From: Blautia sp.
GTDB lineage: Bacteria; Bacillota; Clostridia; Lachnospirales; Lachnospiraceae
Assembly: GCA_022764275.1 (NCBI GenBank)
Contig: JALERH010000030.1
Span: forward strand, 10,314-74,313
Direction: 5' to 3'
Length of the DNA: 64,000 bases
The notes beneath the pieces are model-generated. The model was given only the letters and a program-made list of their open reading frames with translations, was not told the DNA's origin and did not search any database. Positions 38,590 to 47,368 of this stretch are shown here, in pieces; within the stretch, counting starts at the first letter, position 1; each line of letters starts with the position of its first letter. The translations under genes were made by a program, and so were the position numbers.

Positions 38590-39234
38590 TTATTTAATGA
38601 TGGTAACTGTATTGCCTGTGGCGATTTTTGCTGCATTTGCTTCATCGGTATCAATATGCATTTCCAGTGTAAAGCTGTCATCAACGCGAATCTTTACCTG
38701 ATTAAAGATTGTTCCACGCTCATTGTCAGCTTTTACGGATACAATGTCACCGTCCTTAACACCTGCTGCCTGAGCATCCTTCGGAGACATATGGATGTGG
38801 CGCATTGCCACAATACATCCCTCCTGCAGATAAATAGCACCTTTCGGGCCCACGATGGCAATGGGAGCACTGCCCTTTACATCACCGGATTCACGAACCG
38901 GAACTTTCATGCCAAGTTTGATGGCATCTGTAGCTGATACCTCAACCTGAGACGCTTTACGAACCGGTCCTAAGATCCGGACATTTTCAATTGCACGAAG
39001 TTTCAGTCCCACAATGGTAACTGTTTCGTTGGAAGCGAACTGGCCGCCCATCAGATCTTTTTTCTTGGTGAGCTGATATCCCGGTCCGAATAACGCTTCA
39101 ACATGCTCCTGTGTCAGGTGAATGTGTCTTGCGGAAACTCCGATCGGCACCATAAAGCCGTCGCCTTTTTTTTCGTTTTTGTTAATTGCATCGATTACCA
39201 TTTTGGTAATGAGTTCGATATTATTCGTTTCCAA
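38590..39234 (-). CDS. pduL: Phosphate propanoyltransferase
   Basis: IGVSARHIHL, RILGPVR..SQVE, RHIHMSP, EMHIDTDEANA. Confidence 0.95.
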   Translation of the reverse strand: METNNIELITKMVIDAINKNEKKGDGFMVPIGVSARHIHLTQEHVEALFGPGYQLTKKKDLMGGQFASNETVTIVGLKLRAIENVRILGPVRKASQVEVSATDAIKLGMKVPVRESGDVKGSAPIAIVGPKGAIYLQEGCIVAMRHIHMSPKDAQAAGVKDGDIVSVKADNERGTIFNQVKIRVDDSFTLEMHIDTDEANAAKIATGNTVTIIK

Positions 39235-39272
39235 GCGTACACCTGCTTTCTTTCCAGTTTTTCAGTTATTCT

Positions 39273-39740
39273 TTATTTCAGAACCGGAAGGATTTTCTCA
39301 ACGTCAGTGTGTGGTCTCGGGATTACATGTGTAGCTACCAGTTCACCAAGTCTGGATGCTGCTGCGCTTCCGCTCTCTACTGCAGATTTAACAGCTCCTA
39401 CGTCTCCACGAACCATAACGGTTACAAGACCGGAACCGATCTTCTCTGTACCAACTAATGCAACATTAGCTGCTTTGCACATCTGGTCTGCTGCTTCGAT
39501 AGCGGCTGTAAGTCCTCTGGTTTCCACCATTCCTAATGCTTCCTGTGTCATGATTTTTTCCTCCTTATGGGTTGTTGATGCTTCAACATTTATTTGATTC
39601 GTTTCTGTAGTGTTTTCTTCAGCTACGGCTGCATCTGCTTTCACAGCCTGTGCTTTTGTGGTTTTTGCCGTTCTTCTGGGAGCGGCTGCCTTTTTAGGGG
39701 CTGTGTTTTTCGCTGTTGATTTTTTTTCTTCGTCAGCCAT
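39273..39740 (-). CDS. BMC hexamer (PduA/J-like) with 63-aa Lys/Ala-rich N-terminal extension; second start at 39551
   Basis: BMC domain [10 protein letters not shown]...RGDVGAV...HVIPRPH; internal AAGGAGG RBS 8 nt before the MTQEALG codon. Confidence 0.9.
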   Translation of the reverse strand: MADEEKKSTAKNTAPKKAAAPRRTAKTTKAQAVKADAAVAEENTTETNQINVEASTTHKEEKIMTQEALGMVETRGLTAAIEAADQMCKAANVALVGTEKIGSGLVTVMVRGDVGAVKSAVESGSAAASRLGELVATHVIPRPHTDVEKILPVLK

Positions 39741-39751
39741 GATTCATCCCC

Positions 39752-40048
39752 CTATTTATCCTTGTTGTTCCATCGACTTGCGCTTAATTCCACCATCTTG
39801 ACGATTTCCTCATGGGGACGGGCAATTACTGCGTAGCTTGCCGGTTTTTTAATGGCATTTGCCACTGCTGCCTCTACAGCTTCTGTGACAGCTGCCACAT
39901 CGCCTTCTACAATAATGGTCACCAGTCGTCCGCCCAGCTTACGCTCCCATGACTTCAGTTCAACATCTGCCGTTTTGCACATGATGTCCAGCGCATCCAA
40001 AGCAGCCACAACACCTGTGATTTCTATAAAACCATATGATTTACTCAT
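39752..40048 (-). CDS. BMC hexamer shell protein (divergent)
   Basis: GFIEITG..AALDALD.MCK...GGRLVTIIVEGDVAAV...VIARPH. Confidence 0.9.
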   Translation of the reverse strand: MSKSYGFIEITGVVAALDALDIMCKTADVELKSWERKLGGRLVTIIVEGDVAAVTEAVEAAVANAIKKPASYAVIARPHEEIVKMVELSASRWNNKDK

Positions 40049-40080
40049 GAGCGAACTCCTTAATACCCTTCACCTTTTTG

Positions 40081-40356
40081 TTAGATGGTAGGCAGGATTT
40101 TTTCCACATCTGTATGTGGTCTCGGGATTACATGGGTAGCAACCAGCTCACCAAGTCTGGATGCTGCTGCGCTTCCGCTTTCTACTGCTGCCTTAACAGC
40201 TCCAACATCACCGCGAACCATAACAGTTACAAGACCGGAACCGATTTTTTCAGTACCAACGAGTGTAACCTCTGCAGCCTTGGTCATTGCATCTGCTGCC
40301 TCGATTGCAGCGGTAAGTCCTCTGGTTTCTACCATTCCTAAAGCTTCCTGTGCCAT
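40081..40356 (-). CDS. pduA: BMC hexamer shell protein (PduA/J-like)
   Basis: [21 protein letters not shown]...[16 protein letters not shown]...HVIPRPH. Confidence 0.88.
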   Translation of the reverse strand: MAQEALGMVETRGLTAAIEAADAMTKAAEVTLVGTEKIGSGLVTVMVRGDVGAVKAAVESGSAAASRLGELVATHVIPRPHTDVEKILPTI

Positions 40357-40423
40357 GATGAATTCCTCCTGAATTTAACCTAAATAATAAACAGTTTATT
40401 TATCAAACCATCCGTCGGCGCCG

Positions 40424-40738
40424 CTAATCCTTGTCAAGGGCGCTGATCTTAAGCATTTTTTCCGTACCGGCTTCCGGGTTTGGAATTACATAATGCTGTA
40501 CCACTCCGGTCATGTTGTTTGCAACTTCCATTCCGGCTTCCACGGCTGCTGTCACATCTGTCACGCTTCCGCGGAATTTGATGCAGACAAGGAGTGGTAC
40601 CGGCAGACTGTCCGCATTTGCAGGTTTATTTTTATCAAAAACCTCCAGATGGACATTTGCTGCCTTACAGCCGGCATCGGCCGCTACGAAAGCTGTGGTC
40701 AGTCCGAATACCTCTAAAATTCCTACAGCTTCTGCCAT
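40424..40738 (-). CDS. BMC hexamer shell protein (divergent, loop insertion)
   Basis: AVGILEVFG..AFVAADAGCKAA...RGSVTDV.AAVEAG...YVIPNP. Confidence 0.85.
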   Translation of the reverse strand: MAEAVGILEVFGLTTAFVAADAGCKAANVHLEVFDKNKPANADSLPVPLLVCIKFRGSVTDVTAAVEAGMEVANNMTGVVQHYVIPNPEAGTEKMLKISALDKD

Positions 40739-40761
40739 CTTGTTTCTCCTTTATCCTGCAA

Positions 40762-41985
40762 TTATTTATTTACAACTGCAATCTTCAGACCTGTCATTGC
40801 AAGGTTGGTCTTCAGAGCTTCGTTAATCTCCTCTAACGGGAACTTGTCAGTGATCAGTTCTGCCATTGGAAGTCCAATGCCTTTTGCTCTCTTTAAGAAG
40901 TCAAAAGTAGTAACGTAATCTCTCAGAGTGTAAACCCAGGAGCCTACGATCGTGATTTCCTTGGAGCAGATGTCAAAGTGCGGGTTAATGGTTGCATCGC
41001 CGCCATTGATAAAGAATCCAAGCTCGCAGAGACCGCCGCCGTTACGGATAAATTTGTAGATATTTGCATGTGCAACAGGAGAACCTGTACACTGGAATGC
41101 AAAGTCTGCAAGGTGTCCGCCGAACTGCTCTTTCACTGCATCTGCAAGGGCTTCAATTCCCTTATGGTCTTTGAAGTTTACAGACATCGTTGCGCCCATT
41201 CTCTTGGCAAAGTCAAGACGTTTCTGCTCACCGTCTACTGCACAGATGTTTTCCACACCCATAGTACGCAGGATAGCAATACAGATCAGACCGATCGGTC
41301 CGCATCCCTGAACTACAACTCTGCTGTTGAAGCGAAGGATACCGGTTGTTTTTGCTCTCTCAACTGCATGGATCAGAACAGCACACGGCTCGATCAGAAT
41401 ACGGGAATCCAGATCCAGATCACTTACATTAAAGAATGTGGATCCAAACTCACCGCCGCGGATGAAGATGTAATCAGAAAACCATCCATTCAGATGAATA
41501 TCATCGTCCGGCAGAAGACCGTATACATCAGCACCGCCAACATTTTTCTTATTTAAGTCGAACATGGTGATTTCCGGATCATCCTTGAAAATCATACAGG
41601 TAACAACTTTATCGCCGACCTTAACTGGTTTTCCGGCTGTATCCGTTTTTACATTTTTACCCATTGCCACGATCTCACCGGTTCCTTCGTGTCCAAGTGC
41701 AACCGGGATCAGGTTAAACGGGTCTCTCTTGAATTCATGAGCGTCTGTACCGCAAACACCGCAGCCTTCTACTTTAACCAGGATATCGTCATCTCCCAGA
41801 GGAGGAATCGGGTATTCTTTTAATTCAAAGTGCTCTTTTTCTGTCAGGACTGCTACTCTTGAGGTCTTCGGAATTGCTCCGCCTGCTGCCGGTGCAGCCG
41901 GTGTAGATGCTGCCGGAGCATTTCCTGTCATACCTGCAAGTACCTGTTTTACAATTTCTTCAATATTTACATTATTCATATCCAT
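40762..41985 (-). CDS. Zn-dependent alcohol dehydrogenase with N-terminal encapsulation peptide (probable lactaldehyde reductase)
   Basis: NIEEIVKQVLAGM helix plus Ala/Pro linker; GCGVCGTDAH, LGHEGTG, VQGCGPIG. Confidence 0.85.
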   Translation of the reverse strand: MDMNNVNIEEIVKQVLAGMTGNAPAASTPAAPAAGGAIPKTSRVAVLTEKEHFELKEYPIPPLGDDDILVKVEGCGVCGTDAHEFKRDPFNLIPVALGHEGTGEIVAMGKNVKTDTAGKPVKVGDKVVTCMIFKDDPEITMFDLNKKNVGGADVYGLLPDDDIHLNGWFSDYIFIRGGEFGSTFFNVSDLDLDSRILIEPCAVLIHAVERAKTTGILRFNSRVVVQGCGPIGLICIAILRTMGVENICAVDGEQKRLDFAKRMGATMSVNFKDHKGIEALADAVKEQFGGHLADFAFQCTGSPVAHANIYKFIRNGGGLCELGFFINGGDATINPHFDICSKEITIVGSWVYTLRDYVTTFDFLKRAKGIGLPMAELITDKFPLEEINEALKTNLAMTGLKIAVVNK

Positions 41986-42002
41986 GTTTTTCTATCCTCC
42001 TG

Positions 42003-43391
42003 TCAACGAATGCAAAGGCTGTCTGACATTGTGCAGCGTCTTCTCTTGGTAAAGGTGCTTGCGCTTGTAAGACCTTCACCGGTACGGCTTGCGATGGTAA
42101 ATGTACAGAAACCTTCTCCTCCGAATCCAAGTGCTGCATAGGAAGGTGCATTCTTTACAAGGATTGCGGTATCGATTGCTTTCGCATATTTGGTGATATT
42201 GTCAATGTTCTTGGAATGGATGTGTGCAGAATGGCGGTTGCCATGCTCCAGCCATACAGCCTGCTCTACTGCATCATCAAAATCCTTTGCTCTTACAACG
42301 CCAAGGATTGGCATCATAAGCTCAGTAGTGATGAGAGGATGTTCCTTCGGTCCTTCAAATACGATGCAGCGGATGTTTGCAGGAGCATTTACTCCAATCA
42401 TGGAAAGAAGTGTTCTTGCATCACGTCCTACACATTTACGATTCAGTTTACCGCCTGCCAGAACTACTTCTGTCAGTTTATCCTGCTCTTCTTTGGAAGC
42501 CAGATAGCAATCATTCTCTGTAATCAGATAATGCATCAGTTCATCCACGATGGAAGATACTGCTACGATTTCTTTTTCAGCAATACATGGAAGGTTATTA
42601 TCAAATGTACATCCGTTTACAATATCCTGAGCAGCTTTACGAATGTCTGCTGTTTCATCTACCAGTGCCGGTGGGTTGCCAGCGCCGGCGCCGATTCCAC
42701 GTTTTCCGGAAGAAAGAACTGCTGTTACAACGCCGGGACCGCCTGTTGCTGCAATAAGCGGGATATCTTTATGTTTCATCATGATATTGCTTGTCTCTAA
42801 GGTTGGTTTTTCTACCGTGACTGCAATGTTGTCCGGTCCGCCAGCTTCCAGAGAAGCTTCGTTTAACAGATTGATTGCATAGATAGATGTTTTGATTGCT
42901 GCCGGATGTGGGTTAAATACAACTGTATTTCCGCCTGCCAGCATACCGATTGTATTGCACAGGATTGTCTCACTTGGGTTCGTACACGGTGTAATGGCAC
43001 CGATCACACCGAAAGGTCCCATTTCGATCAGAGTCAGTCCTCTGTCACCGGACCATGCGGTCGTTGTGATATCCTCAGTACCCGGAGTCTTATCTGCTAC
43101 CAGATGATGTTTCAGGATCTTATCCCCAACATTTCCCATTCCGGTTTCATCCACACCCATACGGGCAAGGATTTCCGCATTTTCTCTTGTTTTTTTGCGG
43201 ATGCAGGTGATGATTTTCTCTCTCTGGTCCATGGACATTCTTCTTACAATCTGGTCAGCTTTCTTTGCCGCTTCGATTGCATCGTTCATATCTTTAAAAA
43301 CGCCATGTTTACCGGCCGGAGCTTCTGCAATCTGCATTTTTGCCATTACTTCCTGTACAATATCCTGTACCATAGTCTCGCTAATTGGCAT
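42003..43391 (-). CDS. pduP: CoA-acylating propionaldehyde dehydrogenase
   Basis: MVQDIVQEVMAKM helix; ITPCTNP, ATGGPGVV, GAGAGNPP, FDNNLPCIAEKE, ELMMP, TIASRTGEG. Confidence 0.95.
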   Translation of the reverse strand: MPISETMVQDIVQEVMAKMQIAEAPAGKHGVFKDMNDAIEAAKKADQIVRRMSMDQREKIITCIRKKTRENAEILARMGVDETGMGNVGDKILKHHLVADKTPGTEDITTTAWSGDRGLTLIEMGPFGVIGAITPCTNPSETILCNTIGMLAGGNTVVFNPHPAAIKTSIYAINLLNEASLEAGGPDNIAVTVEKPTLETSNIMMKHKDIPLIAATGGPGVVTAVLSSGKRGIGAGAGNPPALVDETADIRKAAQDIVNGCTFDNNLPCIAEKEIVAVSSIVDELMHYLITENDCYLASKEEQDKLTEVVLAGGKLNRKCVGRDARTLLSMIGVNAPANIRCIVFEGPKEHPLITTELMMPILGVVRAKDFDDAVEQAVWLEHGNRHSAHIHSKNIDNITKYAKAIDTAILVKNAPSYAALGFGGEGFCTFTIASRTGEGLTSASTFTKRRRCTMSDSLCIR

Positions 43392-43423
43392 GAGATTGTT
43401 CCTCCTTTTCATTTACAGAATGA

Positions 43424-44236
43424 TTATTTCAGGCCTAACTGCTCCATAACCTGTTTTGTGATGCTTGCTACTAAATCCGCATCTGCTGTCTGAGCTGCAG
43501 TGTCTTCTTTTGCTCCGCCACAGCTTCCGCCGCAGTTATGGCAGTTCATGCCGTTCTTATTCTGGCAAAGGTTTGCCGGATGTTTTCCTGGCAGGCCCAT
43601 TTTTCTTCTGATCTCGTAAAGTTTTGCGATCTGCTCTTTGTCGAATTCCTTCGGTCCGCCAAGCATTTTGGATTTGTAAAGAAGCTCTGCGTAGAATTCT
43701 ACAGATTCCATCTTCATGTATGCAGCCATAAGGTCTGTGGACCAGGTCAGAGCGCCGTGGTTTTCAAGGAGAACTGCATCGTAGTATGGAAGATATTTCT
43801 CTACTGCATCCGGAATTTCCATAGTGGATGGTGTGCCGTATTCAGCGATCGGAACACATCCGAGAGCGATAACTGCTTCAGGCATGATCGGCTGTGTCAG
43901 CGGAATACCAGCGATTGCGAAAGATGTAGCGAAAGTCGGATGAGCATGTACAACTGCTCCTACGTCTGGTCTTTTTGCGTAAACTCTCATGTGCATCTTA
44001 ATCTCAGATGATGGACGGAATCCCGGATTAGCCTGGATCACATTACCCTGTGCATCTACCTTACAGATAAATTCCGGAGTCATGAAGCCTTTGGATACGC
44101 CTGTCGGTGTGCAAAGGAACTCATTGTCATTGAGCTTCACGGAAATGTTACCATCATTTGCAGCAACCATATTACGGTTGTAAATTCTTCTGCCGACTTC
44201 GCAAATCTGTTTTTTGATTTCAAATTCGTTTACCAT
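43424..44236 (-). CDS. fucA: Class II aldolase (L-fuculose-1-phosphate aldolase) with C-terminal encapsulation peptide
   Basis: AANDGNIS, TPTG, PSSEIKMH, VVHAHP, LLENHG; C-terminal Cys cluster and DLVASITKQVMEQL helix. Confidence 0.85.
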   Translation of the reverse strand: MVNEFEIKKQICEVGRRIYNRNMVAANDGNISVKLNDNEFLCTPTGVSKGFMTPEFICKVDAQGNVIQANPGFRPSSEIKMHMRVYAKRPDVGAVVHAHPTFATSFAIAGIPLTQPIMPEAVIALGCVPIAEYGTPSTMEIPDAVEKYLPYYDAVLLENHGALTWSTDLMAAYMKMESVEFYAELLYKSKMLGGPKEFDKEQIAKLYEIRRKMGLPGKHPANLCQNKNGMNCHNCGGSCGGAKEDTAAQTADADLVASITKQVMEQLGLK

Positions 44237-44352
44237 GTTTTTTTCCTCCTTAAACGCATTTGGATGCAGCTGCCATACTTTTATTTGCAGCTGCATTGGG
44301 TAACTTTTTATGGCTGAAAATGCAGCCTGTTACTTTTTGTGTTTCTGATGCA

Positions 44353-44442
44353 ATTCTACAGTATTCCACAAAATAAGTCAAGTATATTCTGTTGATTTAT
44401 GTTGTTTTTCGTGAAATTTCAATGTTGTTTTATTTTGTTTTT
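44353..44442 (-). promoter_or_regulatory. Internal sigma70 promoter for fucA-pduP with an upstream array of TGTTG(A/T)TTT repeats
   Basis: TTGACT(44381-44376)-17-TAGAAT(44358-44353); TGTTGATTTA, TGTTGTTTTT and TGTTGTTTTA at 44390, 44400 and 44423. Confidence 0.6.
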
Positions 44443-44900
44443 GTTTTTCCCTGTTCCCACGGCATCACATCCCCATCCTCCCGGAGATATTCCAGGATTT
44501 CCGGCACTCCTTCCTGTGTTTTCGAATCCACATAAAAGATTTTTTCACAGCCGGCAAGCTTCAGCCACGCTGTTGCACGGTTGGTGTCTGCACCAGGTTC
44601 ATGGATTTTTGTCACGATTCCTATCACCTCACGGTTCGCCATACAGGTGATGCAGGGCGGAAACAGACAGTACGGCTCTGTGGCCGAAACGAGAAGTCCC
44701 ACAATATCGGACTCATATGTATACAATGCAAGGGCATGTCCAAGTCCCTTCGTCTGGGCATATTCCCCCGGTGTATCCACGATAACATCAAAATGATTCA
44801 CATACTGGGTTTTGTGATAATGTATCTTCTCCCCCCGCAGGGCCTGGGTCAGGGTTGTCTTTCCCGCCTCACTGCGGCCTATGAGAACAATTTTCTTCAT
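44430..44900 (-). CDS. pduV: EutP/PduV small P-loop GTPase
   Basis: LIGRSEAGKTTL, KTQ, DTPGEY, IVTKI. Confidence 0.92.
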   Translation of the reverse strand: MKKIVLIGRSEAGKTTLTQALRGEKIHYHKTQYVNHFDVIVDTPGEYAQTKGLGHALALYTYESDIVGLLVSATEPYCLFPPCITCMANREVIGIVTKIHEPGADTNRATAWLKLAGCEKIFYVDSKTQEGVPEILEYLREDGDVMPWEQGKTKTK

Positions 44901-44956
44901 ATTATGCTGTCAGTCCTTTCCAATGTCTGATACGGAGAACTGTTTTTCTCAAAGTA

Positions 44957-45334
44957 TCATGTTCTGGTAATCGGACATATGACGAATCCCAACTTCCCGT
45001 CAACATAATCCAGAACTGCTTTGGTGGATGCCTCCACCTCGGACACAGTACCAGTGATGATCAGGCTGCCGCTGAACCGATCCACAAACCCCAGTTCAAC
45101 ACCAGATGACTTGATCGCAATATCTGCCATGATAATGGCCGTTTCCGCAGGACTGACCGTCATAATTCCGATTGCAGCACGGGAATAATCAACGGATGGA
45201 TCAAGGCCAAGCTTGGTATACAGAATCTTATCCGGGTTTGCGATAATGTGAGCCAGCGAAATCTGCTTACCAGGAACCAGCTCCTGTATAATACGCTGTT
45301 TCATCTCCGGAGACATATTGTCCGTATATCCCAT
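44957..45334 (-). CDS. pduU: Circularly permuted BMC shell protein (PduU/EutS)
   Basis: RIIQELVPGKQISLAHIIANP...MTVSPAE...DRFSGSL. Confidence 0.92.
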   Translation of the reverse strand: MGYTDNMSPEMKQRIIQELVPGKQISLAHIIANPDKILYTKLGLDPSVDYSRAAIGIMTVSPAETAIIMADIAIKSSGVELGFVDRFSGSLIITGTVSEVEASTKAVLDYVDGKLGFVICPITRT

Positions 45335-45439
45335 TTTTTACCTCCTATCCGACAGAAGATGCCAGAAGCCCTGCTGTCTTTATTCTCTTCCTTGCCAAAA
45401 AGCGCAGAAGCAAAACGTTCGATGCGTTTCATGTCATTT

Positions 45440-45590
45440 ATTATACTCTCACGATATCGTAATGTCAACGAAAATCAACATGTTTTCCCTTCCAGAATGT
45501 GGTTTTTGTTTGTTTTTATGTGTGGTTTTTATTTGTTTCTTAAGTTTTTATAATTTTCATATTGACAACTTTTTTCGCCTCTGCCATACT
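45440..45590. promoter_or_regulatory. Divergent sigma70 promoters (BMC operon and PHP gene) with a 23-bp tandem repeat between them
   Basis: Minus: TTGACA(45468-45463)-17-TATAAT(45445-45440) with palindrome ACGATATCGT in the spacer. Plus: TTGACA(45562-45567)-17-CATACT(45585-45590). TGTGGTTTTT(G/A)TTTGTTT repeated at 45498 and 45521. Confidence 0.72.
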
Positions 45591-45620
45591 GAAAACAGAA
45601 AAAATCCAAAGAAAAAGGAG

Positions 45621-46376
45621 ATGTTTTTCTTGTATCTTTCCGACATCCATACGCATTCCATTGCCAGTGGTCACGGAACCACCTGCACCATCACCGATAT
45701 GGCAAAGAAAGCATCCAAAGCAGGGTTGAAGCTTTTAGGGATTACCGATCATGGCCCCGCTACGCTCGCGGCAGGAACCTCTTCTTATTTCCGCAGCCTG
45801 AGTTATTCTCCAAGGAAGAGATTTGGGGTTGAGCTTTTATTCGGAGTGGAATTAAATATCCTGGACACTGACGGAAAAACAGACCTGGAGAAAGAATTGC
45901 TGGAAAAGCTTGATTACGCCATTGTCAGCATGCACGCTCAAAATTTTCGTCCTCGCTCGCGTGAAGAAAATACTATGGCATTTTTAAATACAATGAAAAA
46001 TCCTGCAGTTAAGATTCTGGGACACTGTGACAACACACAATATCCTCTGAATTATGATATTCTTGTAAAAGCCGCCAGAGAAAACGGAGTCATTCTGGAA
46101 ATCAATGAGGCTTCTCTCGCCCCTTACGGCTATCGGGGAGATACCAGAGATAATGCTTTTGAAATTCTTCGCTGCAGTGCAAAATACCGCAATCCCATTG
46201 TGCTTTCCAGCGACAGCCATGGCGCAGAGCACATCGGAGATTTTACATATGCAGCAGATTTTGTTCATCAGGCAATGTTTCCTGAGAGCCTGATCTTAAA
46301 CAACCAGATTCCGGCACTGAAAGTTTTTCTGCAGACACGTCAGGCAGGAAGCATCTGTCCCTTCGCTTCCTTATAA
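45621..46376 (+). CDS. PHP-domain phosphatase (YcdX-like)
   Basis: DIHTHS, ITDHGP, GVELN, VSMH, GHCDN, EINEAS, SSDSH; ATG 45621 after AAGGAG. Confidence 0.88.
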   Translation: MFFLYLSDIHTHSIASGHGTTCTITDMAKKASKAGLKLLGITDHGPATLAAGTSSYFRSLSYSPRKRFGVELLFGVELNILDTDGKTDLEKELLEKLDYAIVSMHAQNFRPRSREENTMAFLNTMKNPAVKILGHCDNTQYPLNYDILVKAARENGVILEINEASLAPYGYRGDTRDNAFEILRCSAKYRNPIVLSSDSHGAEHIGDFTYAADFVHQAMFPESLILNNQIPALKVFLQTRQAGSICPFASL

Positions 46377-46427
46377 GCACAGAATAGCCCAAATGCTTTC
46401 CTGTAAGATAAAAAAGCCTCCCGGATA

Positions 46428-46742
46428 TTATTCTTCCGAGAGGTTTTCTCTTTTTTCGTCTTCTTTTATTTTCTTCATCAGCGCCGCAAGCTCCTGATAT
46501 TTTCCTGTGACATAGCCATAGTTCTTTTTTTTATGCGGAAGCTGACATTTCGTACAGTCTTTAATCCCCGAGTCAGTGTACCGGAAATTTCCTCCGCATT
46601 TATCTCCCAGTGCATACAAAGGGCAATAACAGAACAGACAGTTGAAATTATCCGGATCCGCACCTTCGTGGCACGGAAAATACTCACATTTTTTATGGCT
46701 GAAAAAGGAATATTCTTTGTTTTCCCAGTATTGTTTTTCCAT
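46428..46742 (-). CDS. Small Cys-rich metal-binding protein (zf-like / cysteine-rich small domain)
   Basis: FFSHKKCEYFPCH...FNCLFCYCPLY...CGGNF...KDCTKCQLPH; RBS AGGAGG. Confidence 0.85.
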   Translation of the reverse strand: MEKQYWENKEYSFFSHKKCEYFPCHEGADPDNFNCLFCYCPLYALGDKCGGNFRYTDSGIKDCTKCQLPHKKKNYGYVTGKYQELAALMKKIKEDEKRENLSEE

Positions 46743-46933
46743 AAAACTTTCCTCCTGCCCAAATCTTTGTTTCCACACAATGTCAGGCAAATGTCCCCTA
46801 AAAAAGAGGGAGCGATGCTACTTCGGGGTAGACAATGAACCGTTCATATATACGCGGAGGGAACGGACACATCCGAAGTAGTATCGCCTGCCATTTAATC
46901 TGGTATAATTCACATGAACAGGCGCATTCCATA

Positions 46934-46965
46934 AAAAATGCCTGCCCCGGTAGAGCAGACAACGT
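46934..46965 (-). terminator. Riboswitch-controlled intrinsic terminator
   Basis: Sense UGUCUGCUC-UACCG-GGGCAGGCA-UUUUUU; an alternative GCCCCG/CGGGGC pairing overlaps its 3' arm. Confidence 0.65.
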
Positions 46966-47024
46966 TTCGGGGCTGCGGATTTCCCCAAATTGGTTGTTAC
47001 ACTTTACACGGAAGTTTAACCTCG

Positions 47025-47199
47025 CCATATCAAGCAGGTTTCCTGGCTCCAGAATCTACACATCATCTCTCCTTCTCATGCTTTCGCACAATGGCTTTCG
47101 AGAATCGCTCCTCTGTTACAGTGACCGGATCGCTCAGGTTTCGCACCTGATTCCCTCTTTCTGACTTTTTTCTGTCAGCACTTAATATGTTCAATATGG
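47025..47199 (-). ncRNA. Cobalamin (AdoCbl) riboswitch
   Basis: Sense ...AAGAGGGAATCAGGTGCGAAACCTGAGCGATCCGGTCACTGTAAC...GCCATTG...GAGAAGG...GAGCCAGGAAACCTGC matches the B12-element core; P1 CCATATTGA/TTGATATGG; promoter TTGACA(47243-47238)-17-TAGTAT upstream. Confidence 0.9.
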
Positions 47200-47368
47200 A
47201 ATTATACTGACATCATACTACCACGCCATGCCCTCTCTGTCAACCATGAAATAAACATTTCGCGTCTCCACATGTAATAAAAAAGCAGTACAAAAGGGGA
47301 GTCCGCCTTTCATACTGCTTCCAACTGCTTTTTATATTTCAGAAAAAGGATCTGTACGATAACATGTT

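Noticed and set aside
46798-47028. 76-aa ORF inside the riboswitch leader as a leader peptide
   Set aside because: No RBS, starts within P1 of the aptamer and crosses the terminator.
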